From contig JBLDXI010000009.1 in NCBI GenBank assembly GCA_047495785.1, positions 1,364,001-1,428,000 of the forward strand: DNA of 64,000 bases. Direction: 5' to 3'. Below, one piece after another: positions 26,971-40,244 of this stretch. Source of the DNA: Lepidodermella squamata (Eukaryota > Animalia > Gastrotricha). Both the position numbers and the translations under genes were made by a program. The notes below the pieces were generated by a model that made no database searches, had not been told where the DNA came from, and was given only the letters and a program-made list of their open reading frames with translations. How positions within the stretch are numbered: position 1 is the first letter of the stretch; every line of letters begins with the position of its first letter.

Positions 26971-28746
26971 TCACGACTTTTTGTCACTCGTTGAAGCAGA
27001 TTGTTGTTTGCTGTTTGAACTAGAAGAGACAGAAACGCGGGATCCAAGCATGATTCTCGCGAAAGCTAGGAATTTCCTGGGTAAAAAGCCGAATAAATTC
27101 ATAAATAGATCGCTTATGTGTTCATCTACCTGTTTGTCCCACAGTAGATTGCAGCGTTACAGAAGTTGAAAAGTGAAGCCAAAGATTCGAAAATGGCCAT
27201 GTTCGTCGAATGCCAAACCGAGCCTATTGACCAAAGAGCCGCGCAATTTGACGGCCCGCACAAGTCGGCGATACTAGCGGCTAACGTGGCGAATTGGTAG
27301 GGTGCCCAAAGAACTACAAAAGCTGCCAAGCAATAGCAGCACATGAATGTTGCCCGTTTCGTCCTGTCGTAAGCGGCGGCTATTTGCGACCTTCGATTGG
27401 CTGATAATTTGCTAGTTGCGTCGCCTTCACTCAATTGCTCAACTGAGTTTCGCTTTTCGAAAAGAGTTAGTAGAATCTTTCCGTAGCAAATGATGAGGAT
27501 AATGGAAGGTATGATGAACTGACCGAGCGAGGCGAAGATCGTGTACCCACGGAAGACAGACTTTTGGAAGTTCAGATCGATTTGAACTTCAACTCTGTCA
27601 TTATAGGCTGCATCGCAAATTGGCATATACCCATCGTAATAGTTATCGCTAACAATAATCCCCTGAATAATTGAAAAAAGCTGCAAGAAAATCGTTTTTA
27701 TATGTGGTAACTTACATTGACGTAAGCTAGCGGAGACGACAAACATAAGGATAGGGTCCATACTCCGCAAAGGCAACGATAGGCTCGTTTTTTAGACATT
27801 TGGCGTTGGCTATTCATTGGATTGCAGATGGCCTGATACCTGCGACAACTTCATTTTGCGTCATTAGGAATCTCAATCCTATTACCTTTCGTAGCCAATC
27901 AAAGCTAGGGTATAAACCGTGGAGAAAATTCCGAACTCGCGAAGGAGGGAAAATAAACGGCACGTAGCCTCTGCTAACCACAACGGCTCGCCAACTATCC
28001 AAGGTGTTGGCGGTAGATGAAGAGTTTTAACTATCTGGTATACTCACAAAAAATTGAAATAATTCGATTTTCCCGCACTTACCTGAATAGGGACACGCAC
28101 GAGTACGTCTAACATGTTGGAAACGATCAAACTCATAACGAAAACGTTAGCTACTGTCTGCAACGTTTTGTTCTTCCTCCAAGTGATGAGAGCTAGAATT
28201 GATGCTTCGAAAACTTTGAAATGAAATTACTACGACCTAGGCTATAACCTCACCTGGGACTGTTAGAAGAATCGCTAGTCCATACATGGCAGAACTGGCG
28301 TAGTAATGCGGCTCGGTTTTAAGTTTCCACGTGTTGTAATCCCGCGACGCCTCAACACCGTCTAACCCACAAAAACAGACGCGATCTTCGGGTAAGGCGA
28401 CAAATCGCACCTCAGCATCTAGTTCTTTGTCGATTGGGCACAACAAATCGGCGACTCTCATGGTGTAGGATAGACACTGGTAGTCAGCGCGGTCTTGCCG
28501 CATGTTTCTAGCAATGTTTTCCCCCATTGCGATGTAGCTCCGAGAGGCATTTGTCTTATTGTAGCGTCCTCGTAAGAAACAAGCCGTTTGCGGGCCTACG
28601 GCGAGAACGTAGGAGTAAACTGTTAAAAATCCTGATATCACGCTCGAGATTGAAGCATTTCCCGATAAATCTGAGGTGTAAGGATTTTGATTTGGCAAGA
28701 AATCAGCTAATGCAGGTTTAAATTCGAAACATAAGTCTGTATTCAT
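26971..28746 (-). CDS. Divergent rhodopsin-class (class A, peptide-receptor-like) GPCR, 6 exons (approx. 28746-28254, 28213/28204-28083, 28034-27886, 27839-27716, 27662-27130, 27076-26971)
   Basis: Spliced product contains LQTVANVFVMSL (ICL1/TM2), TCRL...LALIGYERYQAICNPM (TM3, ERY), GVWTLS (TM4), FIIP..LIICYGKIL (TM5), FVVLWAPY (TM6), NAAIY (TM7) and NRKFLAF (helix 8). Confidence 0.88.
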
Positions 28747-28990
28747 TTTTAATAAATTTAAAAAAATGAGTGCTGGCGCGCAAAATTGATGCCTATCGAT
28801 GCGTTTTCCCATCTGATGACGGGAAAGCGCCAGTCGAGCAAGATTCGGACGATATGCGATGAATAAAAATATGGTTAAATCGCTGAAACCTTGACGTCAG
28901 TCATTTTGGCGCCGTTATCTCGACGCAATAATTATATCAACAACTTTCAATTTTCGAGTTTATGATCGTTTTTCCAGTTATTCTTTCACA

Positions 28991-29691
28991 CCGTAGGGGA
29001 GGGTAATTTTGGACAAAACCATGTTTTTCGAGGATTAAAGATCCGTCCTAATTCTGAAATCAATGATTTTTGGTAAAAAAGATGGGCAATATGAGCCGCG
29101 ATTTATCGGTAAAATTTGGCGATTTTACGATTTTTACCTGATTTTTAACGATCGAAAACAGTTTTGGATAAAGTTGGACAATTCAGGACATTTGCATACA
29201 CAATGGCAATTGTGAATGTTTAGTTTTTTCTGAGCTTTGGGTCGAATTGGGAAAATAAATCATGAACAGATGGCGCATGATCTGATGTTCAAAAAATCGA
29301 GAAACATAATTTGTCGCGAAGCCGCATCTTTATACAGTCCAAAGTTACCCGATTTTCACCTGAACTTCAGTTTAATGCCCTGCGAAAACCAGTCGTTAGA
29401 TCTTCATTTTTTCTTCTGATAACAGAGAGAACAGCGCTCTTAGGATACCCCGCCGATTTTCGTCCCAAAATGATTATTTGCCTGGGAGATAAGAAGGGGT
29501 CGCTAATCGACATTTTAGTTGCCTTGCTTATAACATTTCTTAAAAATCAAGTATTGCTCCAATCACCTTAAGACTTAAGCCATTCGAAAGCTCAGGAGAC
29601 GGGGAATTTCATACAACAAACCCTGTGCATTTATCGTACGGGGTTGCAAAGCTATTTAACTGGAAGTGTCCAAATTTATCCTGATCTACAG
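28991..29691. mobile_element. Degenerate TIR element (MITE-like)
   Basis: CCGTAGGGGAGGGTAATTTTGGACA versus the reverse complement of the right end, CTGTAGATCAGGATAAATTTGGACA. TA after the right end only. Confidence 0.45.
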
Positions 29692-30089
29692 TACTTGAAC
29701 TAAAAAACTGACTCACAAATCGATGCTTGCGGTTTTCATCAATGCATTTTTTGCTTCTATACACATGCATGTTTACTTTCACGCCGTCACATATAATACA
29801 AATGTTGGAAAATAATACAATTGGAATATAAGCCACTTCGTATATAGCTGTACCGCGATTTTACAATATATACCCGCAGAGGACTCTTGCTTTATTGTTC
29901 CAATTAATTTTCCGGAATCACAGCGGTTTAGGTCACGTATCCGTTTATCTCCGCTTAATCAAAACTAGACATCGCTATCAGTTAACACGTGTCCTTGATA
30001 TCTTGAGCATGCTTTCCCTCTTTTTCAATACTGAAATTCTGATATATAAAACTGCTACCCTTCCTTTGCGGCTATAGTGTTATTCCAAT

Positions 30090-31769
30090 ATGTGGTTGTA
30101 CCTCGCAGCGATACCTGCGGCCGCCTTATTGTACGGCACTTACGGCTTCATTCGTGACAAGTTGAGATATAATTTGCCACCTGGCCCAGCACCAGTTCCG
30201 TTCCTTGGTAACATTCTCCTGTTTCCTGATGGCAGGGCCAAAAAAGGCAAGAAGACGTGGCAAGTTTTCCAAGAGTTGGGTCAAAAATACGGCCCGATTA
30301 TCAACACTTACTTCGGCCATTTTCGCACCATTGTCCTTCAAGATGCGAAGCTAATCAGAGAAGTTCTGGTTACCCAAGCTAATTCCTTCAATGGGCGCGG
30401 TGAAGAGTACTTGCCCGGTTTTGAAGAAATTCGGATCGGTAAAATAAATTAATTATAGCCTACCGTTTAGTTAACTTTTTTTGTTAACAGGTGTTATTTC
30501 TACGAGCAACGAAGCTTGGCGCAAAAACAGGCGATTCGGTCTTAAGGCTATGCGTGATTTTGGTAAGACAACTTGTTGAAACCGATGTCCCATAATTTCC
30601 TCCATTTTCAGGCATGGGCAAGGAGGTCATTGCAGTGAAAATTCAGGATGAAGTCGAATATTTAATCGCCGAGCTTGCTTCCAAAAAATCACAGCCTTTT
30701 GACCCTCGAAATCTGATACCAAACGCTGTTTCCAACGTCATTTGCTCTCTAGTTTTTGGGAAAAGGTCAATTATTCCCAATTTTTGCAGTTTTTAACGAT
30801 CTACTAACTTCAGGTTCGAATACAACGACAAGTCATTTCAAGAGCTACTTCAACTAATCGCGCCTCTGGTCAGCGATTTAGCTGGAGATCGAGCAATATG
30901 CTTAATTTTGCCATTCGTATCAAAGTTTAAGCGCATGAAAGAGGTATACCCGAATATAATCGGCTTGATGAACCTCTCGAAATTTTATTTTCAATTTTCA
31001 GACTAAAATTCAGATGGAGTTGACTGAAAAAACTAAGGAGATGTTGATTTCGGCTATCAAAGAGCATCGAGTCGATTTCGATGCGGGCAACATTCGAGAT
31101 TTTCCTGATCTGTTCATCCAGATCGAAAAGCAATCGGACGGACTGAGCTTTGACGACTTCCTCTACGTCATGGTTGATCTGTTCATCGCCGGAACTGAAA
31201 CTACATCGACCGCCCTCAGCTGGAGTCTGGTTTACCTAACAACTTTCCCTGAAATCCAGCAGAAATGCCATGATGCTATCGACGAGGTAATCGATACCGA
31301 TAGATTGCCAGCTCTAGCCGATCGGCCTAAATTGGTCTATATCGAAGCTTTTATGAACGAGATTTTGCGCCATGTTAGTGTAGCTCCGTTAGCTCTATTC
31401 CACTCCAACCTGGACGTGTCTGCCAAAGTTGCCGGTTATGACATACCGCCTAATTCTATGGTAGCATACAACGTGGCTGCAGTTCATCACGACCCTGATT
31501 ACTGGACAGATCCTGATGTATTCAGGCCCGAGCGATGGATAGATGCTGATGGCAAGTTGATGAATCACGCCAGTCATTTCATGCCATTCGGCGTTGGTCC
31601 ACGAATTTGCCTCGGGGAGTCACTTGCCCGAGTTGAATTTTTCATCTTCCTCACGGCTATTTTGCATCGATTCAAATTTTCGCTGAAGTCTGAAGTCAAC
31701 CTTGATCACCATGTTTCAGGGGTGATCAATATGGCACCTGATTTCGAAATAATTGCTGCGAGCCGATGA
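30090..31769 (+). CDS. CYP2-clan P450 (gene K); introns 30439-30490, 30563-30611, 30766-30813, 30944-31001
   Basis: Splicing restores the frame; all motifs present; TATATAAA at 30043. Confidence 0.92.
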
Positions 31770-33779
31770 CAGATTATATTATCTAATTGCCTGGCCGATA
31801 ATCGGTCTAAAATGTGCGTTATAAGCTTATTAAATCAATCAATTATTTAATTGAAAAAAAACAGATTTGTAATAAAATTGAGGTCCTGTTATTTTTAAGC
31901 TCCTTATCTCAAATCAATCACTCGAGAATCAACTCGACCGATGAAGCATCCATTAGTTGATTTGACTGGATTTAGGAACACTTAGATCAGTCCGAGGTAT
32001 TAGCCGCATTTTGACTTAAATTTAGACTGGGGACAAAGCAGCAGGGGTTGATCTGCCTTATATAATCTGGGTAATTAAGCTAATTAATGTCTGGTCGGTG
32101 AAATATGTTGAAATAAGCTAGCTTAAATTATTTTAGTGACCAACATAGTAAAAATAGCGTCAGCTAAAACATCCTGCTTGAAGCCAATCTGGTCTAAACA
32201 AAACCACCGGACTAGTACGGCTTGGAAATGTACTTGTTACAGGTAAGCTTCAGCCTGAGCATGTTGTCTAGTACAGGGTAAAATTACGACAATTTATTTT
32301 TAATTTGCGATTTTCAAATTCGAAACCGGATAGATCTCTATTTCTGCGCCCCCGTTGCTCGCCGAAAAATGGATGAAAACAGCCCAAACCGGACTTTTCA
32401 ACCTTCATAGGACTGGACATAGTCTAAAATAAATAAAGTCCGGTTTAGGCGACAACTTATTAATACGAAAATTCCACACGCAGGAGCCATTAGAAATTCC
32501 GGCGTAGACGACTCCGGCTCTCAAAACTGTCACTGACTTATGTCGATGCTGCTGATAAGTGGCCTAGTAAATGGCTGCTGATTCTTGAAATAGATTGCCA
32601 ATTTTTATTTTATAGTTCATTTTTGCCGCTGAAAAAATATCAACTTCAAATATATAAGGCATCATGACGCAAATGCTTCATCGTTTATTTATGTTTTTCT
32701 ATTCTCATTTTAATAATTCTATATATTCGGATCGCAATCAAAGCTCTGCATTCCACACTTCCGATTCATTTTTGTCCCGTCGATACTTCTGCGAAAGGTA
32801 AAACCATAAACCTCAAAGCGAGATCCAGGCGTTAGATATTATCCGAAAGGAAATCCTTGGAAATATACACCCAAAGTTTTTTATTGCAAATTGCGTCACA
32901 GCGTCCCAAGATTGACTGAATATTACATTCTCGTTAAATACTTTCTAAAGTTCAATTCTATCCATTTTTGCGCTTTTACGTATACTTTTTAATTCAAATT
33001 ATGGGATTATAGCATTAGTTCGAAGTTATTTATCCGAACACGTGATTTAAGTTCACCCCAATTGATGGAACTATTGAAAGTGCTCCAAGTTGTTGGCAAA
33101 TAGATTGGGAGGGTTCGACCTTCTGATGCGATTCATTTTGAGCGGTTAATAGATAAAACGTATAAAACAATTAAATATAGCATAGAGCTTCATTCATATA
33201 CGTGCGCGCATTGACGTCATTTTCAACGCTGCCGGGGAGAAAAACAAGAAAAAAAACAAAAGCTCGCTTTTTTTGAGGCCATAAAAAACTGTTATCATGT
33301 TTCCAACCTCTGCTTATTCATCCCAAGCGCGAAAAATCACGTCGACCGCAAACGTATATTTTTTTACTAAAAAGCTATTGTCTGAGAAGGTAGGTTGTAC
33401 ATTCAAAATCAGCTGTCAGTATTCAGCTGAGCAACTACTTTACGCTACGATTTATCAATTAACTCCTTGATATATTCAGAGTACTACGCGTTGTAGTAGT
33501 AAATAAGTTCTACTATATAGGCGTGCGAGAGCGAATTTCCGCTTGTTTATTGGTCAAAGTCCGAAATTCCACGCCTACATTGATGAACTGCTAGCGTTTC
33601 CATTATTTTTTAAATCGCAATCAGCTGACATTATGAGCGGAAAATTGACACCGCTTTAATTCCATAAATGTCAAAGCTGATGGGTTTGAACAGGGATGGT
33701 ACCCTCACTTTGAAGACTTGAAGGTACAGTCCGATTTTCTTTTCTAGATTAATTTTATCTCAGTATTTTACTACTGCGC

Positions 33780-35576
33780 ATGCTGGCCTTTATTGCGGAC
33801 GCTGTCGCTTTGTCGACCACGTGCGATCCTACAACAATCTTATCAGGTCTCGCCGTGTTACTTATCATATACAGCATTCACCCGTTCATAACCGACCTCA
33901 AATACGACCTCCCACCCGGTCCGTTGCCGGTGCCGTTTATTGGTAACGCCATTAATGAGTCACTGAAAAAGCGTCCTTAATTGGATCATTCCTCCCCTAT
34001 TTAACCATAGGCAATTTTGGCCATTTAGCTCCGCCAAATAAACAACCATGGCAGCACCTTCGAGATTTGTCCAAGAAATATGGCCCCATGTTCAGATTCT
34101 ATTTCGGCCAGTACCGCATGGTTGTGCTATGCGAGTCGAAGATAATTCAAGAATTCCTGGTCAATCAAGCTAAAACATTCAGCTGGCGATGTGACCACTT
34201 GCTGCCCGGTTTCAGCTGCGTTGGCGAGGGGGTCATCAATGCGAATGGAGAAACATGGCGGGCTCGGAGGAGATTCGGCTTGAAGTAAGAAAAACGATGC
34301 AAATTTATTACGTGGCGTTTGAGCTCAAAAAGTTGTCCTTATAACTTGGACACATTTTATACGTAGTCGCGCGCCTACACTCTCAATTCGACCCGAGTGC
34401 ATGGCCGAAAAATGGTTTTTATGCCTGGACAAATTTTGCCCTTTTCATATATAAATTTCACAATTCATCTCAGCTTTATATCAATTTGTTTACAGAGCCA
34501 TGCGGGATTTTGGCATGGGTAAAGAGCAAATGGTTACGAAGGTGCAGGATGAAGTCAAAAGCTTCCTAGCCGAGCTGGAGCTTCAAGTCGGGAAGCCGTT
34601 CAGTCCAAAGCATTTGCTAACGAATTCTATCTCGAACATTGTCTGCTCTCTCATTTTCGGCCGACGGTTTCGATATGACGACCAGGAGTTCCTTGAACTG
34701 ACTCACCTCCTACACACAATGGCTAGCCGGTCGTTGGTTGGCAGCGTGATTTTCCTGATTTTCCCGTTTCTTCGCCATTTTTTCGACTCGGTTCAGGCGA
34801 AAGATTTTGCGAAAATGCAGGCAAAGGTCGTTAAAATGGTAGCTGACGCGATTGAACAGCACCGGGCTGATTTCAATGTCGATAATATCCGCGATTTTCC
34901 TGATCTATTCATCAAAGGCGAGCAAGAGGACGAACTAGGGAAAACTTTGGATCTGAAAGGATTCGGCCTTCTAATGAACGACATGTTCGCGGCTGGGACA
35001 GAGACTACGTCAACCGCCCTTGACTGGACCCTGCTCTACCTGGCAACGTTCCCTGAAATTCAGCGAAAATGTCAAGTTGCTATCGACCAAGCTATCGGAA
35101 CAGACCGATTGGCTGGCACTGAAGATCGGTCAGCATTGGTCTACATCGAAGCTTTGATGCGTGAAGTCTTGCGCCACGCCAGCATCGCCCCTCTAGCTTA
35201 CCTTCACTCGAATCTAGAGAATGGAACGAAGGTAAATGGCCACGACATCCCACCCTATACCATCATCATGTACAACATCACAGCTATTCACTACGACGTC
35301 GACTATTGGAAGAACCCGGAGGAATTCGACCCCGACCGGTGGATAGGCGAGGACGGGTCGCTGCTGAACCATTCGAGCCATTACATCCCGTTTGGCGCTG
35401 GGCCTCGTCTCTGTCTCGGTGAATCACTGGCCCGTGTCGAGTACTTTATCTTCATCGTTGCTATGCTGCAACGCTACCAGTTCCGGTTGAAAGAACCCGT
35501 TGATATCACGAAAGGTGTTCTTGGTATAACCAACGCACCGCCTCATTACGATTTGATCGTCGAGGCCAGAAAATGA
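33780..35576 (+). CDS. CYP2-clan P450 (gene L); introns 33943-34010, 34285-34495
   Basis: All motifs present; FGAGPRLCLG. Confidence 0.92.
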
Positions 35577-35886
35577 CTTGTATTTTCATATTAATTCATA
35601 ACCTGGAAAATTTCAGCACAATTTTTGTTCGAATTTATTTTTAAAACACCAATGTGTTCTCAAATATATATAGCAGTATTTTCGTTGTTTTCAGCTCGAA
35701 AAATTTTCGATTAAAAAAACTGGTGAAGTAAGTGTTGTGAAATAGCGGCTAAAATAAAAAGAAATGTTTAGCTTGCGGTTTTAATCGAAAATATTTTATG
35801 CTTGCTGCAGATTTTTTCAGCTTCGACTTATCAATTTAGATTCCGAACCTCCTATAAATTCTATAGAATTTTATCGAAATTGAAAC

Positions 35887-37475
35887 ATGTGGATTGAAAT
35901 TGCGGCGTCTCTTGCGGCCCTCGCAGTGTTCTTTTCCCGAAGTCATTTATGGGACAAGCTGAACTATAAATTGCCACCAGGGCCAACTCCGATTCCTTTG
36001 TTAGGTAGGAAGGATAAAGTTAAAGAATTAGTGATATTACCTACCTTTTATTTAGGATCTCTGCCAGCGATCTCTAAATTACGAAAAAAATGCGGCAATA
36101 AACAGCACAAAGTTTTTGCTGAGCTGTCGAAGGAATACGGCGACATTTTCATGATCTATATGGGGCAAGTCAGGCTGGTAGTTCTCAACTCAGCTGATAT
36201 AATTCAAGAAGCCTTCGTAACCGAAGCTAATCACTTCTCCGCCAGACCCAGACATGTCCTGACCATGAAAACTAAGTACGGTGTCATCGCTGCGGAAGGC
36301 GAAGAGTGGCGGCAGAGGAGGTTAGTGCACTATCGGTTAATGTTTCTAATTTCATTCATCAATTCTTCTATAAATTCAGACGCTTCGTCATGCGATCAAT
36401 GCGCGACTTTGGAATGGGCCGATCGATCATGGTCGACAAGGTTCACGATGAGGTCGGATTTTTGATGCAAGAAATCGACCGACGAGCTGGGCAACCCTTT
36501 GTCCCGCATATGCTGATCGGCAATGCTGTTTCAAACATCATTTGCTCCATAGTATTCGGAAAGCGCTTCGACTACGAAGACCCTTACTTCAAATCCCTGC
36601 TGGAAGTTACTAATGAATTGTTCGCAATCGACAGCGGGGAAGACGTTAAACATTTGATTTTCCCTGCTCTTCAAAATATCCACATCCCACGGCAATCGAA
36701 GCTTGTCATAAAGCTCGAGCATCTCATCAAAGACATGCTGGTTCAATCTATTGAGGACCATCGAAAAAGCTTTAACCCTGAGCACATTCGAGATTTCGCT
36801 GACATTTACATCGATTGCGAGATGAAAAAGGAAGAAATCTCGTTGAATGTCTTCGCTAGAATGGCGTTGGATCTCTTCCTTGCTGGAACCGAGACGACAT
36901 CCACGGCTTTACTATGGACTATGGCTTGGTTCTGCACAACTCCGGATCTTCAAAAACGAGCTGTTGAAACTGTAGACTCAGTAATGGGTGCATCTGATAG
37001 GCTGCCTTCACTTGATGACAAGCCTGATATGCCATTCATGGACGCCTTACTGTTTGAAGTCCTACGCCATCCCACAATCGTTCCTTTGAGCATTCTCCAC
37101 GCAACCATTGGAGGTGGGAAATTAGCAGGTTACGATGTACCGGCTAAAACGATAATTATTCCGAACGTTTGGAAGGTTCACCACGACGAATCGTACTGGA
37201 AAGACCCGAATACTTTCAACCCTGACCGGTGGCTGGATGGTAACGGGAAACTTCTCTCGCACGGACATCATTTCATCCCATTCGGAATCGGACCCCGAAT
37301 TTGCCTGGGCGAGTCACTGGCCCGTGTCGAGTATTTCATTTTTCTGGTCGCGATGTTGCAGCGATTTACGTTTTCCTTAGCCCCTGGAGAGGCGGCTATT
37401 GACTTCGAGGATGGCTTTTCAGGCATTACCTATGTACCTCCTCGGTATAAGCTGGTCGCCACACGCCGAGCGTAA
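35887..37475 (+). CDS. CYP2-clan P450 (gene M); introns 36005-36055, 36321-36379
   Basis: All motifs present; TATAAAT at 35853. Confidence 0.92.
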
Positions 37476-37694
37476 CTCAAAGATAATATAGCAATCAAAA
37501 TATTGTTTACACAATAATTGTTCTTATCTGTCCACCGCAAACTTCACAATCACGTTATCTTTAGCCTTAATCCTTGAGAATAAAGGAGAGATTGCCGTGT
37601 CTGAAATTGTTGTGTTGTTATGCAACTACAAAGTATATAAATGAGACTTGGAATAACTCATTTTTTTGTTTATAGGGATTAAAAGCCATCAGTC

Positions 37695-39392
37695 ATGATT
37701 CAGTTTTTGATCGCTTTCATAGTGGCCCTTTTGATATGGACCTCCCGAACTTTCATCATCGACTGGTTCAGGTTACGCAATCCGCCTCCCGGTCCTCAAC
37801 CGATACCTTTCTTCGGTTAGTTCCTCGCTATCTAATGTCTTTTGGTACCATTTAAAATTATTTTTAAGGAGCCATACTATCGTTGAAAAAGTACGCAAAA
37901 GGTCGCAAACTGCTGCCATTCGAGCTGTGGCGTGATATGGCGCGAGATTACGGGAATATCCTCGTCTTCTACGCTGGACAAACGCGATTCCTACTTCTCA
38001 GCGATGAAAAATCTATCCACGAGGCATTTGTTCAAAATCACGACGACTTCGGCCTTCGACCTATTGCATTCAATAATTTCCCAGTAAAAATCGGCATCAT
38101 TGGCGCACATGGGGAAGAATGGCGGTCACGCAGGTGAACGAAAAAACCAAGTTGTTATTATCTAAAAATTCATTTTAAACCCGTTCCAGGCGCTTTACCA
38201 TGCGAGCAATGAGAGATTTCGGCATGGGCAGATCAAATATCGTAGAAAAAGTTCACGATGAGGTCGGTTATTTGATGCAAGAAATCACCAACCGTGCTGG
38301 AAAGGCATTCGTCCCTCATGAGCTTATTCAAAATGCCGTGTCTAACGTTATCGGAGGAATCGTCTTCGGAAGACGGTTCGACTATCAAGACCCATATTTC
38401 AAGTCTTTGCTAGGTGTGATGGAGGAATTTTTTTCTAATGAAGCGCTTGGAAATTTGCGACGTCATATGGTCCCACTTATGCAACGTATTCAGCCACCGA
38501 AAGGGGTAAATTTCACCAAGAAAATTCGATTTATTTTTAAAATTGGCTTCTAGATCGGAATTTTGATGCGGCTGGAGAAGCTCATCGCTAAAATGCTTCT
38601 TCAGTGCATAGAGGAACACCGGAAAAGTTTCAACGCCGATCACATTCGCGATTTTGCGGACTTGTACATTGATTCGGAGCTGAAGGGTGAAGCTCTCGAT
38701 ATTGATTCGTTTGCCAGGTTAGCCCTCGATCTCTTCTTGGCCGGCACTGAGACGACAGCCACTGCTTTGCTGTGGACATTAGGGTGGATGTGTAAATATC
38801 CTGAAATACAAAAGAGAAGCATTGACGCCGTTGATGCCGTAATGGGAGCGAGTGATCGTCTGCCGTCCTTGGACGATCGACCTGATCTGGTTTACATTGA
38901 TGCAGTCATGAGTGAGGTCTTGCGCCATCCGAGTGTTGCGCCTCTTGGCGTATTCCACGGAACGGTTAATGGAGGAAAACTCAGCGGTAAGTATCTTTCA
39001 AGCCGAATAAAATCCTAAGTGTTTTCGATGTTACGATTCGATGTTTAGGCTTTGACATTCCTGGTAGAACTGTTGTAATATCGAATATTTGGGCTGTCCA
39101 TCATGATGAAAAGTATTGGAAGGACCCGAATAGCTTTAACCCAGATCGTTGGCTGAATGCTGACGGCAAGCTCATCAATCACGGCAATCACTTTCTGCCA
39201 TTCGGCGTCGGGCCTCGCATCTGTCTCGGCGAATCACTGGCTCGAGTTGAGTACTTCATAATGTTAGTATCAATGCTACAGCGATTCACATTTAAATTCG
39301 CGCCTGGTGAAGATTGTGATGTGAATAATGGCACTTTCGGCATCACCTACGTTCCACCTCACTACAAATTGATCGCTACTCCCCGCAATTGA
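37695..39392 (+). CDS. CYP2-clan P450 (gene N); introns 37816-37868, 38134-38189, 38506-38553, 38987-39048
   Basis: Splicing restores the frame; FGVGPRICLG in the last exon; TATATAAA at 37634. Confidence 0.92.
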
Positions 39393-40244
39393 AACTGATA
39401 ACAACTTTTACTTCATGAATGGATTGTTTAGATGTGATTGCCAAAGCAAATAAATTCAGAATTGATTTCAAAGGGCAATTTTTGAGCAGAAATACCTCAT
39501 TTCGGCCGGAATTAGGACACTGAAACCTGTGCAGCAGTTTTTTGCACGAAACTTATACAGGACTACAAAATTAGCCATAAATCAAGGTAAAATCGTCCGG
39601 GCTTGCGGTAATCGGCATTCGATAGCCCAAGAACTCCTCTATAATTCTGTATTTGCCGAATATTTTCTAAAAATTCACCTGCCTGGCGAAGTAGGAAAAA
39701 CCCAAAAAGTGCCCGGATTATTAGGGCGCGATGCTCTAATTACCGAGCTTTTTAATTCGCATAGCTTTTCGAATTTTTTACTAATTAGCCGCGGTACAAC
39801 CCAACATAGGATCAGGCAAACTATTCAGCTTGATTTTGATGTTGGCTATATTATGTCCAACGTTAGGTTGATACGGTTCGGTTGATCCCAGCAGCTTCTG
39901 GTACGGAGTGTTGTGATTTGATCCGTAAAAAGACAATTTTATTGCTTATCATACGAGTTGGCCCCACTAACGCATGAGGCGCATCGAATCTTCATACATG
40001 TTGCATACGTGTACTATAATGATTAATATCAACGTGTACAACCAACCACAGGACGACGCGACCTACTACGCATACGCAAATAGAGGCAATTGTTTGAATA
40101 GCGGAAATGCGTTCATGATTGTGTCTATCACAGGGCCAATTCTATACAGGGCATGCCTATATAAAAGCCGGCTTTTTATCACATGCCGTTAATTGTTCTT
40201 AGTAAAATAAATTGTTTATCAATATAGTCTTAATTAATCAAAAA

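Noticed and set aside
32386-32446. 12-bp inverted repeat AAACCGGACTTT in the K-L spacer, and weak inverted repeats in L intron 2 (34326-34438)
   Set aside because: Probably decayed MITE remnants, but no TSD or boundaries could be defined.
39529-40192. 118-aa and 72-aa intergenic ORFs
   Set aside because: No recognisable homology or splice structure.
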